Assembly: GCA_943350445.1 (NCBI GenBank)
Contig: CALRAE010000004.1
Coordinates: 1-60,043 of the forward strand
DNA: 60,043 nucleotides
Origin: Candidatus Nomurabacteria bacterium
Lineage (GTDB): Bacteria; Patescibacteriota; Minisyncoccia; Phycocordibacterales; UBA9973
Direction: 5' to 3'
The translations under genes were made by a program, and so were the position numbers. The notes below the pieces were generated by a model, which saw only the letters and a program-made list of their open reading frames with translations, had not been told where the DNA came from and ran no database searches. Below are positions 1 through 10,148 of the stretch, one piece after another; positions within the stretch are counted from its first letter, which is position 1; each line of letters starts with the position of its first letter.

Positions 1-130
1 GGTTCTGAAAAAAAGCTAGAGCCCCTACAACAATGAGAAGCACAAAAACAACCAAAAGAGTGACTCGAGCCCTTCTATGTGGATGATCGGAGAATATTTT
101 TTCAAAAGCGCTTGGAATTTGAATTGACAT
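1..130 (-). CDS. 5' part of a membrane-anchored protein running off the window (MSIQIPSAFEKIFSDHPHRRARVTLLVVFVLLIVVGALAFF...)
   Basis: Hand translation: ATG at 130, open frame, basic patch plus hydrophobic helix; TATAAT 7 nt upstream. Confidence 0.55.
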   Translation of the reverse strand, partial: MSIQIPSAFEKIFSDHPHRRARVTLLVVFVLLIVVGALAFFQN

Positions 131-354
131 TGCTACAATTATACCACTAGCCCTACTAAAAAGATAATGGCTACCTGTGGATAAGTTTCCAAATTAAAGA
201 TAATTAGATACTTTTAATGCTCCTTGCACGAAAATACGATTTATGATATATTTAGAGAGTAAAAGTCCTGTCGAAACAGGTCTTTTTTTTTAAAAAATTT
301 AATAGATAGCGTCGCGCTAAATTGACTTGCACGACGTGATTCGCAAAATCACAC

Positions 355-1518
355 ATGTTAGACTTAAAAACATTTAAATCAGCGCTAGAACAACTCGAAG
401 AGGAACGCAAGATTCCAAAAGAGAAGATATTGGATGCTATAGAACAAGCAATGGCGGCGGCCTACAAGAAAGATTACGGCAAGAAAGGCCAGATCATAAG
501 GGCTAAATTTGACTTGGAAACTGGTAAAACGGATTTTTACCAGATAAAGATAGTAGTAGATGAAACTATCGCCATCATGGATGTAGAGGATAAGAAAAAC
601 GAGAAAGACTACTTCACAAAAGATGAGGCTGATGAACGCGTGCACTTCAATGCAGAACACCACATGCTTCTCGAAGATGCTAAGAAAATAAAAAAAGGGG
701 TGGAATTAAATGACGAAGTCGTGTTCCCTCTTGAAGCTAAAGATGACTACGGACGCATCGCTGCCCAAACAGCTAAACAAGTCATTATCCAAAAGATTCG
801 TGAGGCTGAACGTACATCTATTATAGATGAATATGGCACCAAAGAAGGAGAAATCCTCGGAGGTATCGTACAGAAAGTAGAAAGAGGTAATGTCTATGTT
901 GATTTCAATCGTGCAACTGGAATATTGCCAGCTGAAGAGCAAATACCAGGAGAATTCTTCCAAAGAGGTCAAAGGATTCGTGCATACCTGTATTCCGTCG
1001 AAGACACACCAAGAGGTATCAACTTACGCCTTTCTCGAACCCACCCTAAATTTATCGAAAAGCTTTTTGCTATCGAGGCACCAGAAATCCAGAATGGAGT
1101 TGTCGAAATAAAATCAATCGCCAGAGAAGCCGGTGCTCGTTCTAAAATAGCGGTGCACTCAAATGATGAACACATCGACGCTGTGGGCTCATGTGTCGGA
1201 CAAAAAGGCACACGAGTAAACACTATTACCCAAGAATTGGGCGGTGAGAAAATAGACATCATTCCATGGTCTTCTGACCCTAAAATATTTGTCTCTAACT
1301 CTATATCTCCAGCAAAAGTCCTATCTATTGAAATCGATGAAAAAGATCATAAAGCTACACTCGAAGTCGCCAATGATCAACTTTCTCTCGCCATCGGCAA
1401 GGGTGGACAAAATGTACGCCTTGCAGCCAAACTCACTGGTTGGAGAATAGACATCAAGGGCGACAAGGTAGTTGAAGAAACTACAGAAACTCATAATGTT
1501 GAAAAAAAGGAAGAATAA
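355..1518 (+). CDS. nusA: Transcription termination/antitermination factor NusA
   Basis: GRIAAQTAKQVI, S1 domain, AREAGARSKIAV, KH motifs, AIGKGGQNVRLA. Confidence 0.98.
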   Translation: MLDLKTFKSALEQLEEERKIPKEKILDAIEQAMAAAYKKDYGKKGQIIRAKFDLETGKTDFYQIKIVVDETIAIMDVEDKKNEKDYFTKDEADERVHFNAEHHMLLEDAKKIKKGVELNDEVVFPLEAKDDYGRIAAQTAKQVIIQKIREAERTSIIDEYGTKEGEILGGIVQKVERGNVYVDFNRATGILPAEEQIPGEFFQRGQRIRAYLYSVEDTPRGINLRLSRTHPKFIEKLFAIEAPEIQNGVVEIKSIAREAGARSKIAVHSNDEHIDAVGSCVGQKGTRVNTITQELGGEKIDIIPWSSDPKIFVSNSISPAKVLSIEIDEKDHKATLEVANDQLSLAIGKGGQNVRLAAKLTGWRIDIKGDKVVEETTETHNVEKKEE

Positions 1519-1532
1519 GGTATACTTTCCCC

Positions 1533-2117
1533 ATGGCAAACATAAATCATAAACCTTCAAAATACATGCTCAACTTACTGCATGTTCTTCCGCCTTTCGT
1601 GGAGGACAAAAAAGATATAATAAATACAATTGTTGAAATAAATTCTGGTAGTATAAACAAATACGAGACCATTACTGAATCAGGACAGTTGAAGCTTGAC
1701 CGTGTGGGTTATTCTTCTCTCGCTTACCCTTTTGCTTATGGAGCAATTCCTAAAACATGGGATTATGACGGTGACCCACTCGATGTTGAGATAGTAAATG
1801 TCATCGAACCTCTTGTACTCGGCTGTCTGGTTGAAGCTCGTATAATCGGAGTAATGAAATTTGAAGATACGGGTGAAGTTGATGACAAAATCATTGCAGT
1901 TTTATCAGATGACAGAAGAAGCGACCACATAAAGTCAATCGATGACCTAGGGGAACAGTTCAAAAAAGAAACTAGTTATTTTTGGGAGCATGTTAAACAC
2001 CTCAAGAAGCCTGGTACTGGAATAAACAAGGGTTTCTTTGATAAAGCTGAAGCTATAAAGGTAATAAGAGAGTGCGAAAAGAGATATAACAACATCTATT
2101 TGAAAAATTTCGAATAG
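1533..2117 (+). CDS. ppa: Inorganic pyrophosphatase (family I)
   Basis: YPFAYGAIPKT, DGDPLD, DTGEVDDKIIAV motifs. Confidence 0.95.
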   Translation: MANINHKPSKYMLNLLHVLPPFVEDKKDIINTIVEINSGSINKYETITESGQLKLDRVGYSSLAYPFAYGAIPKTWDYDGDPLDVEIVNVIEPLVLGCLVEARIIGVMKFEDTGEVDDKIIAVLSDDRRSDHIKSIDDLGEQFKKETSYFWEHVKHLKKPGTGINKGFFDKAEAIKVIRECEKRYNNIYLKNFE

Positions 2118-2166
2118 TGCTATAATAGCAAGAGGTCAAAATTATAAATTTTAAATCATAAAAACT

Positions 2167-2895
2167 ATGAAAAAATATTTGAGTTTGTTTTTTGTTTTAG
2201 TAATAACGCTTTTTATAAGTAACCAAACAGTAAACGCATCTGAAATAGAGACGCAAGCTGAATTTAAGTATAAAAGAATAGAACTAAACGCGGAGATGAA
2301 AAATAAGAGAATAGAACTTAATGCAGAAATGAAAGAAAAAAAAGAAGAGATGAAAAAGGCAAATGAAACAATGCGAGAAGAAATGAAATCAAAGATGGAA
2401 GCCTTAAGAGAAAGTATAAAAATAGAAAAGGATGCAGCTAAAGCTAAAACAAAAGAAGCGAGAGTCACTGGACGAGAAAATGCCGTCAAAAGATTCGATG
2501 AAGCAGTTGAAAGAATTAATTCCTTGAAAGAAAAAGTTAATGCACAAATAGTAAAATTGGAGGCTAAGGGAGTGGTTATGATAGAGGCAAAAACTTTTAT
2601 TGTGACAGCTGAGACCAAACTCACCACTGCCGGCACTAAGATAGTAGAAGCAAATGCCCTACTGGCTGTATCCATAGATGAACTTTCTAAAGAAAACAAA
2701 GCAAAACTAGTGATCTTAACAAGAGAGATAAACACATTGGTTAAAGAAGCCCATAAAGCACTAAATGACGCTCTTAAATCACTAAAGGATGCAATAAAAG
2801 CAAAGAGAGAGGCAGACATTGCAGCGAGAGCAAGCACTACAACTTCTACAGGAACAAATACAACTTCAGTGAGCACAGAAGCCACAACCCAATAA
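2167..2895 (+). CDS. Secreted coiled-coil protein of unknown function
   Basis: Signal peptide (VNA/SE), long K/E/A-rich helices, duplicated KRIELNAEMK, Thr-rich tail. Confidence 0.8.
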   Translation: MKKYLSLFFVLVITLFISNQTVNASEIETQAEFKYKRIELNAEMKNKRIELNAEMKEKKEEMKKANETMREEMKSKMEALRESIKIEKDAAKAKTKEARVTGRENAVKRFDEAVERINSLKEKVNAQIVKLEAKGVVMIEAKTFIVTAETKLTTAGTKIVEANALLAVSIDELSKENKAKLVILTREINTLVKEAHKALNDALKSLKDAIKAKREADIAARASTTTSTGTNTTSVSTEATTQ

Positions 2896-2930
2896 CTTTA
2901 CAACATTATTAATCTAATATAATAAATTTT

Positions 2931-3161
2931 ATGGAACCAGAACAAAAATCAAACGGGGCATTCATCGGGCTAGTGATAATTATCATTGTACTTATCGCTG
3001 GAGGTATATATATATGGCAATCAAACAAGGCTGCCCTAGAAAAGACACAAAGTGAATCTACCGCCATTACCACCGCAGACTCTAGAGAGCTCGATGCGCT
3101 AGAACTAGATGCTAATGCTGTAGACACAAGCACGGGCGTAGATGTAAGTGGTGTAAATTAA
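2931..3161 (+). CDS. Small single-pass membrane protein
   Basis: N-terminal TM helix then acidic tail; followed by a terminator. Confidence 0.75.
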   Translation: MEPEQKSNGAFIGLVIIIIVLIAGGIYIWQSNKAALEKTQSESTAITTADSRELDALELDANAVDTSTGVDVSGVN

Positions 3162-3182
3162 GAACTAAAGTGTTGAGGAAAT

Positions 3183-3220
3183 AAAAAAGCCCCGTCACTC
3201 GCGAGTGACGGGGCTTTTTT
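3183..3220. terminator. Intrinsic terminator, bidirectional type
   Basis: aaaaaagccccgtcactc-gc-gagtgacggggctttttt. Confidence 0.9.
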
Positions 3221-3255
3221 GACAAAATACCCAAATAAATATAAACTAAAAATCT

Positions 3256-4329
3256 ATGAAAATTAAAGTTACTAAATTACCAAAAAGTGAGGTAGAGATC
3301 GAGGGAGAACTAGAAATCGATGCATTTGAAGGATATTTCAAGACAGCTCTAAAGAAACTTGGAGAAAGGGTCAATATTGATGGATTCAGAAAAGGAAAAA
3401 TTCCTGAGAATGTATTGCTTTCTAATATTCCTGAGATTAGTATTTTAGAAGAAATGGCTGAGCTTGCACTTGCAGAACACTATCCAAAAATTCTCGAAAC
3501 CGAAAAGATAGATGCCATTAGTCGCCCAGAAATATCTATTACAAAACTAGCTCGCAAAAATCCTCTCGGATTTAAAATAAAAACAGCGGTGTTGCCGAGT
3601 ATTAAGATTGCTGATTACAAAACTGCAGCTAAAAAAATAATTTCTAAAATTACCGAAGCTGAGAAAAATATTATTGTAACCGAAAAAGATATCGAAGATA
3701 CAATCATAGACATCAGGAAATCCCGTGCACCAAAGAAGCATGTAACTGAGCCACATGTCCACAAAGAAGGCGAAGAACACAAACACGATGAGGAAACTAC
3801 GGAGGTGGAGGCGTTGCCTCCGCTTGATGATGAATTTGTGAAAGCCCTCGGACCCTTCTCTGGAGTAGATGATTTTACTGCGAAACTTAAAGAAAACATC
3901 AAACTAGAAAAACAGAATCTACAAAAAGAAAAAACTAGACTGAAAATAATAGAAAAAATTATTGAAGAATCCGAGATGGATCTGCCGGAGATCCTAATAC
4001 AAGTTGAACTTGATAAAATTCTCTACAGAATGGAGTCCGACATCACTCAAATGGGTCTAAAGTTTGAGGATTATCTGAAGCACTTAAATAAAACTAAAGA
4101 AAATTTAAGGACGGAATTTAGAAATGATGCAGAAAAGAAAGCCAAATTAGCTCTTGTTTTAAATGAAATAGCCAAAATAGAAAAAATAGTGGCTGACGAA
4201 GAGCAAATCGTTAAAGAAGTTGAAGCGATAATGGAACACTACAAAGATGCAGACCCTGAAAGAGCACGGATGCATGCCGAAAATGTTCTAACCAACGAAC
4301 AAATATTTAGATTCTTGGAGAGCCAGTAG
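3256..4329 (+). CDS. tig: Trigger factor (FKBP domain reduced)
   Basis: GFRKGKIP ribosome-binding signature; C-terminal chaperone domain; near clpP. Confidence 0.95.
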   Translation: MKIKVTKLPKSEVEIEGELEIDAFEGYFKTALKKLGERVNIDGFRKGKIPENVLLSNIPEISILEEMAELALAEHYPKILETEKIDAISRPEISITKLARKNPLGFKIKTAVLPSIKIADYKTAAKKIISKITEAEKNIIVTEKDIEDTIIDIRKSRAPKKHVTEPHVHKEGEEHKHDEETTEVEALPPLDDEFVKALGPFSGVDDFTAKLKENIKLEKQNLQKEKTRLKIIEKIIEESEMDLPEILIQVELDKILYRMESDITQMGLKFEDYLKHLNKTKENLRTEFRNDAEKKAKLALVLNEIAKIEKIVADEEQIVKEVEAIMEHYKDADPERARMHAENVLTNEQIFRFLESQ

Positions 4330-4332
4330 AAA

Positions 4333-5316
4333 TTACTTATACGCCAATATTTTCGCCCGATTAGTTGAGGCGATTTTGACCATTTCATCTAGGTTGTAAT
4401 ATCGGCAGGCTTCTTGGAGGATGCGGAGTTCTATCCTCATATCTCCATTTACAAATGGCTCATAAAAGTCCGCGATGTTGTCTACTCCGAGCCCTACTAG
4501 CACTACAACTTCGAGCATCTCAGGAACATTAACAATAGAGTTGTGCACTGGAGCCTGATATTGATCAAGCTGTCTCATTGAGAGCGTAGGTGAAGGAAAG
4601 ACAGCCACTGCAATCCCAAGCTCCGCCATCTCTTTGTAGATTTTTATACGATATTATTTTGGTTGAGCAGAAACGGAGATAGTGTGAACAGCCACTGTCC
4701 TCCCCTCGTAGCCATGACGTTTAACCTCCGCAATTAATTTTTCTGTATCGCGCTCATTTGGATTATTTTATTGATCGATATGCACATGCACAGGCTTGTT
4801 TAATTTTTTAGCAATTTTAAAAAGATTATCTAAGTACTCGATATCATTGGGACGGTCTTTGGATGGAAGTCCGCCGGCGATATCCGCCTTGGCTGTTATC
4901 TCTTCATAAAGAGCAAGAGCCTCCGGATCCACCAATCCTCCAAGTGACTGAGTAACGATAAGTAATTTTATTTTATCTTTATATTCTTCTTTGACTGCCA
5001 AGGTAGCATCTATGGATTTGTGACCCACTGCGTCATATGCATCGACAAAAGTACAAGTCAGCTTACATTCCTGCTCAACAAGAAAATCCAGTGCTCGCCT
5101 TATACGAACCTTTATGTCTTCTACTGTGCTTTCTCTCTTCATGCTATCACTCATTCTCCACTTTTCTTCCATAGAGACCATAGACTTGGATAAGCCCTCA
5201 CGAGTAATAAAATAAGCCTTGTCGAAATGCGCATGACAATTCACGAATCCCCGACTTTGCTTAATCTCTGCTAACATTAGCTTTTTTAAATTCCAAGGAT
5301 TTATTTGATTAGACAT
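4333..5316 (-). pseudogene. Amidohydrolase (cytosine deaminase-like) pseudogene with two in-frame TAA stops (4768-4770, 4654-4656)
   Basis: NCHAHFDK metal motif, HVHID, LGVDNI; both ORF pieces and the spacer are in one frame. Confidence 0.8.
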
Positions 5317-6348
5317 ATTTTTGTTTTACTTCTTGGTAAGCTTCTCTAAAATTCTTGCCCGCTTTCACTAATTCTAGGGCCTCATCTGTGGCATATAGTT
5401 CAGGTGTGCAAGCAGCTTCCAAATTTTTTTTTACTTCGAGACTTTCCACCACGAGAGTGATGACTTCTACTGTATCTCGCGCAAGCTTTATGCCTTTTAT
5501 GTATGGCTCCTTGATTAATTGAAAATCTCGATTATATCCAACTGGCAAATTCCTGATGACATTTTCTATTTGATATTGGTACCCGCTAAAAATTCCGATG
5601 TTCCCCCGAATCAACTTTAAAATAGAGTAATTTTTCTTCTGAGGCATAATACTTGAGCTAGTTTTAAATGAGTCTGGAAGAGTAAAGAAATCAAATTCTT
5701 TGGTTGTAAATTTTCTATCTAAACCTAAAGTATTTTCTCCATAACCAGCTGCAGAACCGAGAGGATTCTGATCGATCACCTTTAAAACTGGATCTATAAG
5801 TACAAGACTACCCTCGAGAGCGTCATGATAAGACCCCAGCCACATACCGACCAAGCTCGGCATCGCTCTTTGCATGTGAGTATAACCAGGCATTTTTATC
5901 TTGCCGTATTTTTTTATCTGAACTTCCAAAGCAACGATCAAACCTTCTACTTGTTTTTTAATTTCCAAAAGTTTCTTTTACTGAAAAGACGAGGCATCGT
6001 TAAAGATTGGTCGTTACGAGAACGCCCTGTGTGGACTTTCTTGCCCACATCACCATATTTTTCCATGAGATATGATTCGATAGTAGTGTGTCCGTCCTCT
6101 TGAGATTTATCAATCCTGAATTTACCTGTTTTCCAGAGATTTAAGATCCCGTTGAGTCCTTTTAGTAAAATACTTAATTCTTTCGAATTAAGTATTTTTA
6201 TATTCTTCAACATTTTAGCATGGGCCATGGTGCCCTTAATATCATAAGGCAACAATCCTAAATCAAGTAAATAATCCACTCCAACAGTATAATTTTCAAC
6301 AGTTTTATTAGTCTGCACTCCCCCTTTTTTATCCCATAGTTTTTTCAT
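5309..6348 (-). pseudogene. argH: Argininosuccinate lyase pseudogene (frameshift near 5970, internal deletion, degenerate signature)
   Basis: HTGRSRNDQ, MPGYTHMQRA, PLGSAAGYG, SSIMPQKKN spread over two frames; ~345 codons vs ~450 expected. Confidence 0.88.
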
Positions 6349-6460
6349 ACTAGGTAGAATGGTCACATTTTCAAAACTACACGCAAGGTCTTTTTTAAAC
6401 AATTTTTGTGGATAAGTACGTAGGCTTGAAATACCTTTGAAAAAGGCTATAATGGAACTT

Positions 6461-7066
6461 ATGTTAATACCAACAGTTATCGAAAAATCACAATTTGGCG
6501 AAAGAGCTTATGACATATACTCACGGCTTTTACGAGAACGCATTGTATTTTTGGCTGGCCCTATCGATGACCACACAGCAAATATCGTAATCGCTCAGCT
6601 CCTTTTCCTAGAATCAGAAGACGCTAAAAAGGATATTTATCTATATATCAACTCCCCTGGCGGTTCAGTCACTTCCACTATGGCCATCGTAGACACGATT
6701 AACCATGTCCGTCCAGATGTTTCTACTTTCTGTGTCGGGCTCGCCGCTTCCGGCGGAGCGATTGTCCTTTCTGCTGGTAAGAAGGGCAAGAGATTTATCT
6801 TGCCAAATGCTGAAGTTATGATCCATCAACCACTCGGCGGAGTAGAAGGTCAAGCGACGGATATCGCCATCACAGCAAAACATATTTTGAAAACGAGAGA
6901 TAATCTAAACAAAATTCTGGCTAAACATACCGGAAAATCTCTAGCACAAATAGAAAAGGACGTAGAACGTGATTTCTTCATGGATGCAGAAGAGGCGAAA
7001 AAATACGGAATCATAGACGAAATAGTCACCAAATCAAAAGCTCCGGTCGCAAAACCTGCAAACTAG
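6461..7066 (+). CDS. clpP: ATP-dependent Clp protease proteolytic subunit
   Basis: [33 protein letters not shown]; start placed at MLIPTV. Confidence 0.97.
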   Translation: MLIPTVIEKSQFGERAYDIYSRLLRERIVFLAGPIDDHTANIVIAQLLFLESEDAKKDIYLYINSPGGSVTSTMAIVDTINHVRPDVSTFCVGLAASGGAIVLSAGKKGKRFILPNAEVMIHQPLGGVEGQATDIAITAKHILKTRDNLNKILAKHTGKSLAQIEKDVERDFFMDAEEAKKYGIIDEIVTKSKAPVAKPAN

Positions 7067-7254
7067 ACATATCTCATTTCATTTGTTATACTAAATTTGT
7101 TGAAATTTAGTAATTTTTTAATTTAGTTTAGGAGAATATACCATATATTATGAAGTGTTTAAAGAGGAATTTACAATCTTTGTCAAAAATTTTCTTAAGA
7201 TAGAATAAGGGGCTTCAAATATAGTGGCGTATTCTTGTAAGCTGACAAAAGCTT

Positions 7255-8784
7255 ATGAGTACATTAATGATAATCTTAATTAGCGCAGGAGCGCTTGTTT
7301 TGGGCGTCGCAGTAGGATACTACTTGCGCGTAATAGTCGCGCTCGGCAAGAGACGATCAATCGAGATCGACATAAAGCAAATGATGGTCGGCGCGAAAGA
7401 GGAAGCGCAAAAGATTACTGATGAGGCAAAGAAAGCTTCAGAAAGTAAACTGAGTGAGCTTAAAGAAGAGGAAAAAAAGAAAAGTACAGAATGGAAAGAG
7501 AAGGAACTACGTCTTATCAAAAAAGATGAGTTTCTGGACTCTCGCCAAGTAGAGATAAACAAAGAGGTAGATAATATTAAAACAAAGGTAGAAGAAGTAA
7601 AGAAAATTCAAGAGAAAGTATTAAAAATAGAGGAGGAAAAGAGAACAGAGTTAGAAAGAGTAGCAAAATTGACCGAAGTAGAAGCAAAGGAAGAGCTTTT
7701 AAAAGATATCGAGAAGAAATATGAGGAAGATATCTTAACCAGAATCCAAAAACTAGAAAATAGTAATCATGAGAAACTAGATCGTAGAGCAAAAGACATA
7801 CTAGCTACGAGCATACAACGTCTCGCTTCAAGTACAGCTTCGGAATTGATGACAACTATCGTCTCTATTCCAAATAATGAAATAAAAGGCAAGATAATCG
7901 GGAAAGAAGGTAGAAATATACGAGCTTTTGAGCGAGCTTCCGGTGTAGAACTCATCGTGGACGATACTCCAGGATCTATCGTAATATCTTCATTTGATCC
8001 AATTCGAAGACAGGTGGCTAGACTCGCACTTGAAAACTTAATTTTGGATGGACGCATCCAGCCAGCCAAAATAGAAGAGTTGGTAGAAAAAGCGAAAGAA
8101 GAAATAAATAAAATAATTAAGGAAAAGGGCGATCAAGCAGTTTATGAGTGTGGAATATTAAACTTTGACCCGCGTATTATTGCCATTATTGGACGATTAT
8201 ATTTCCGTACAAGTTATGGGCAAAACGTACTCCAACATTCTATTGAAATGGCGCATATTGCTGGAATGCTCGCTGAAGAGCTCGGAGCAGACGTGGCAAT
8301 AGCGAAAGCTGGAGCTTTGGTGCACGACATCGGTAAAGCCCTAGATCACGAAGTACAAGGCACACATATCGAGATTGGTATGCGCATACTACAGAAATTC
8401 GGCGCTGATGAAAGAATAGTCACCGCAATGAAAAGTCACCACGAAGATTATCCTTATGAAACTATTGAATCTATCATTGTGCAAACAGCTGACTCCATCT
8501 CTGGTGGTCGCCCTGGAGCACGTCGTGACTCTGTAGAGAATTACCTCAAGAGATTACAAGAACTGGAAGCCCTAGTGAACACCTTCCCTGCTGTTGAGAA
8601 ATCATACGCTCTGCAAGCTGGACGTGAAATTCGAATATTCGTAACACCAGAAAAGATTTCTGATGCTGAAGCAAAAATAATGGCACGTGATATCGCTCTA
8701 AAAATAGAAAAGGAACTCAAATATCCAGGAGAAATTAAGGTTACAATGATTCGAGAGACAAGAATCATCGAATACGCTAGATAA
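7255..8784 (+). CDS. rny: Ribonuclease Y
   Basis: N-terminal TM, coiled coil, KH (IIGKEGRNIR), HD (HDIGKA). Confidence 0.97.
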   Translation: MSTLMIILISAGALVLGVAVGYYLRVIVALGKRRSIEIDIKQMMVGAKEEAQKITDEAKKASESKLSELKEEEKKKSTEWKEKELRLIKKDEFLDSRQVEINKEVDNIKTKVEEVKKIQEKVLKIEEEKRTELERVAKLTEVEAKEELLKDIEKKYEEDILTRIQKLENSNHEKLDRRAKDILATSIQRLASSTASELMTTIVSIPNNEIKGKIIGKEGRNIRAFERASGVELIVDDTPGSIVISSFDPIRRQVARLALENLILDGRIQPAKIEELVEKAKEEINKIIKEKGDQAVYECGILNFDPRIIAIIGRLYFRTSYGQNVLQHSIEMAHIAGMLAEELGADVAIAKAGALVHDIGKALDHEVQGTHIEIGMRILQKFGADERIVTAMKSHHEDYPYETIESIIVQTADSISGGRPGARRDSVENYLKRLQELEALVNTFPAVEKSYALQAGREIRIFVTPEKISDAEAKIMARDIALKIEKELKYPGEIKVTMIRETRIIEYAR

Positions 8785-8928
8785 AACTCGGCAATTTGTC
8801 CGCACTTGCCTTAAAAAACCCTTGGTATATAATGCAAGAAGACTACAGAGGTAGTATTTATAAGTAAACAGGTCGAAAAGAATTATAAATAACTAATTTA
8901 ATTTATCCCGCCATGGCGGGGAAAACAT

Positions 8929-9201
8929 ATGAATAAACAAGCATTAGCTGAATTGGTACACGGAAAGCTAGGTGGTACAAAGGTACAAGCTGAAGAAATT
9001 GTAGACGGTTTGTTTGGCGCTATCGTTGATACAATGAAAAAAGGAGGTGAAGTATCAATCGCTGGCTTCGGAATCTTTTCCGTAAAGCAAAGAGCTGCTC
9101 GAATGGCTCGCAATCCAAAGACTGGAGAACAAGTCAAAGTAGCTGCTAAGAAAGTTCCAAAATTCCGACCTGCAAAAGGTTTGAAGGACATGGTTGCTTA
9201 A
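8929..9201 (+). CDS. hup: DNA-binding protein HU
   Basis: MNKQAL, GFGIF, ARNPKTGE, PKFRPAK. Confidence 0.97.
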   Translation: MNKQALAELVHGKLGGTKVQAEEIVDGLFGAIVDTMKKGGEVSIAGFGIFSVKQRAARMARNPKTGEQVKVAAKKVPKFRPAKGLKDMVA

Positions 9202-9228
9202 ATATTCTTTTCGCGCGAAAAGAATGAA

Positions 9229-9260
9229 ATTAAAAAACACCCGTAAGGGTGTTTTTTAAT
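9229..9260. terminator. Bidirectional terminator between convergent hup and lexA
   Basis: attaaaaaacaccc-gtaa-gggtgttttttaat. Confidence 0.9.
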
Positions 9261-9268
9261 TATTATAT

Positions 9269-9835
9269 TTAATATTTTCTAATGACTGCCTTTAGAACTG
9301 CATTTATATTTAAGGAATGCTCTGGATATAGTGGCTGATATTTCTTATTTGCTGGTTCAAGCCAGACTTTATTTCCCTCTTTACGGAAGTACTTCATCGT
9401 AAATTCTCCATCTATCTCAGCGATGACTATTTGCATATCCTTAGCAGTATTCGCCCGCTCAACTAGAACCATATCCCCTTTCTCTATGTGCGCATCTATC
9501 ATAGAGTCTCCATCCACCTCGAGCATATAGGTCGAAGCTTTCTTTTGTATAAGCATATCATCGAGATTAACTCTCTCAAGCAATTCTTCTTCTACTGTGG
9601 CTGGCAAACCTGCAGTTATAAATCCAAGCATGGGAACTTCTCCAAAAGCTTGAGTGGGTACAAGTCTACCAAGGTGATCTTTCGCGACCATCCCAGCATC
9701 TATCAACTTCTCAACAACTCTGAATACTGCATTCTTGGATTTGAAACCGAAGAGCTTCGTCATTTCTGAATAAGACGGCATCCTCTTGTTTGCCGAATAG
9801 AAAGATTCGATTTTACTCTGGTGTTCGTTACGCAT
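9269..9835 (-). CDS. lexA: LexA repressor
   Basis: N-terminal HTH (PSYSEM..FGFKS), Ala-Gly cleavage site, GDSM serine, TMK lysine. Confidence 0.9.
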   Translation of the reverse strand: MRNEHQSKIESFYSANKRMPSYSEMTKLFGFKSKNAVFRVVEKLIDAGMVAKDHLGRLVPTQAFGEVPMLGFITAGLPATVEEELLERVNLDDMLIQKKASTYMLEVDGDSMIDAHIEKGDMVLVERANTAKDMQIVIAEIDGEFTMKYFRKEGNKVWLEPANKKYQPLYPEHSLNINAVLKAVIRKY

Positions 9836-10034
9836 AGATGCTCTTTCTAAAGAATAAGTGGATCATCTTTTGAGTAAAGCTCCTTCGAGAATGATAGCGG
9901 ACCTTTTTCAATAGAAGTTTGTGATCCCTCGCCTCTTTGAAATAAGTCTCCCCTTGGAGAATCTTCAGGTCAATTCTATTATTAATCTTTTGTATCTCCT
10001 TTTCTAACATTTTTAAATATTGTAATTGTGACAT
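9828..10034 (-). CDS. Small basic protein, first gene of the lexA operon
   Basis: 68 aa, overlaps the lexA start, downstream of the SOS-box promoter. Confidence 0.7.
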   Translation of the reverse strand: MSQLQYLKMLEKEIQKINNRIDLKILQGETYFKEARDHKLLLKKVRYHSRRSFTQKMIHLFFRKSIYA

Positions 10035-10081
10035 TTTATTTTTATTTGTTTACTAAATTGACCCGACTTGATCATGTATAT

Positions 10082-10110
10082 AGTATAAGTGAACGCTCGT
10101 TCACTGTCAA
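10082..10110 (-). promoter_or_regulatory. Sigma70 promoter TTGACA-N17-TATACT with LexA box GAAC-N4-GTTC (10091-10102) in the spacer
   Basis: Direct sequence; matches the Gram-positive-type SOS box and precedes lexA. Confidence 0.85.
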
Positions 10111-10148
10111 CAATAAACTGTGGATAACTAAAAACAGCCATAGAAAAC

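Noticed and set aside
2151-2885. Long antisense ORFs (also 26713-27471, 44991-45689, 28725-29333)
   Set aside because: Shadows of the real genes on the opposite strand, with no independent motifs
4654-4770. TAA recoding in the amidohydrolase
   Set aside because: TAA ends many intact genes here and the adjacent argH is also broken, so decay is the simpler reading
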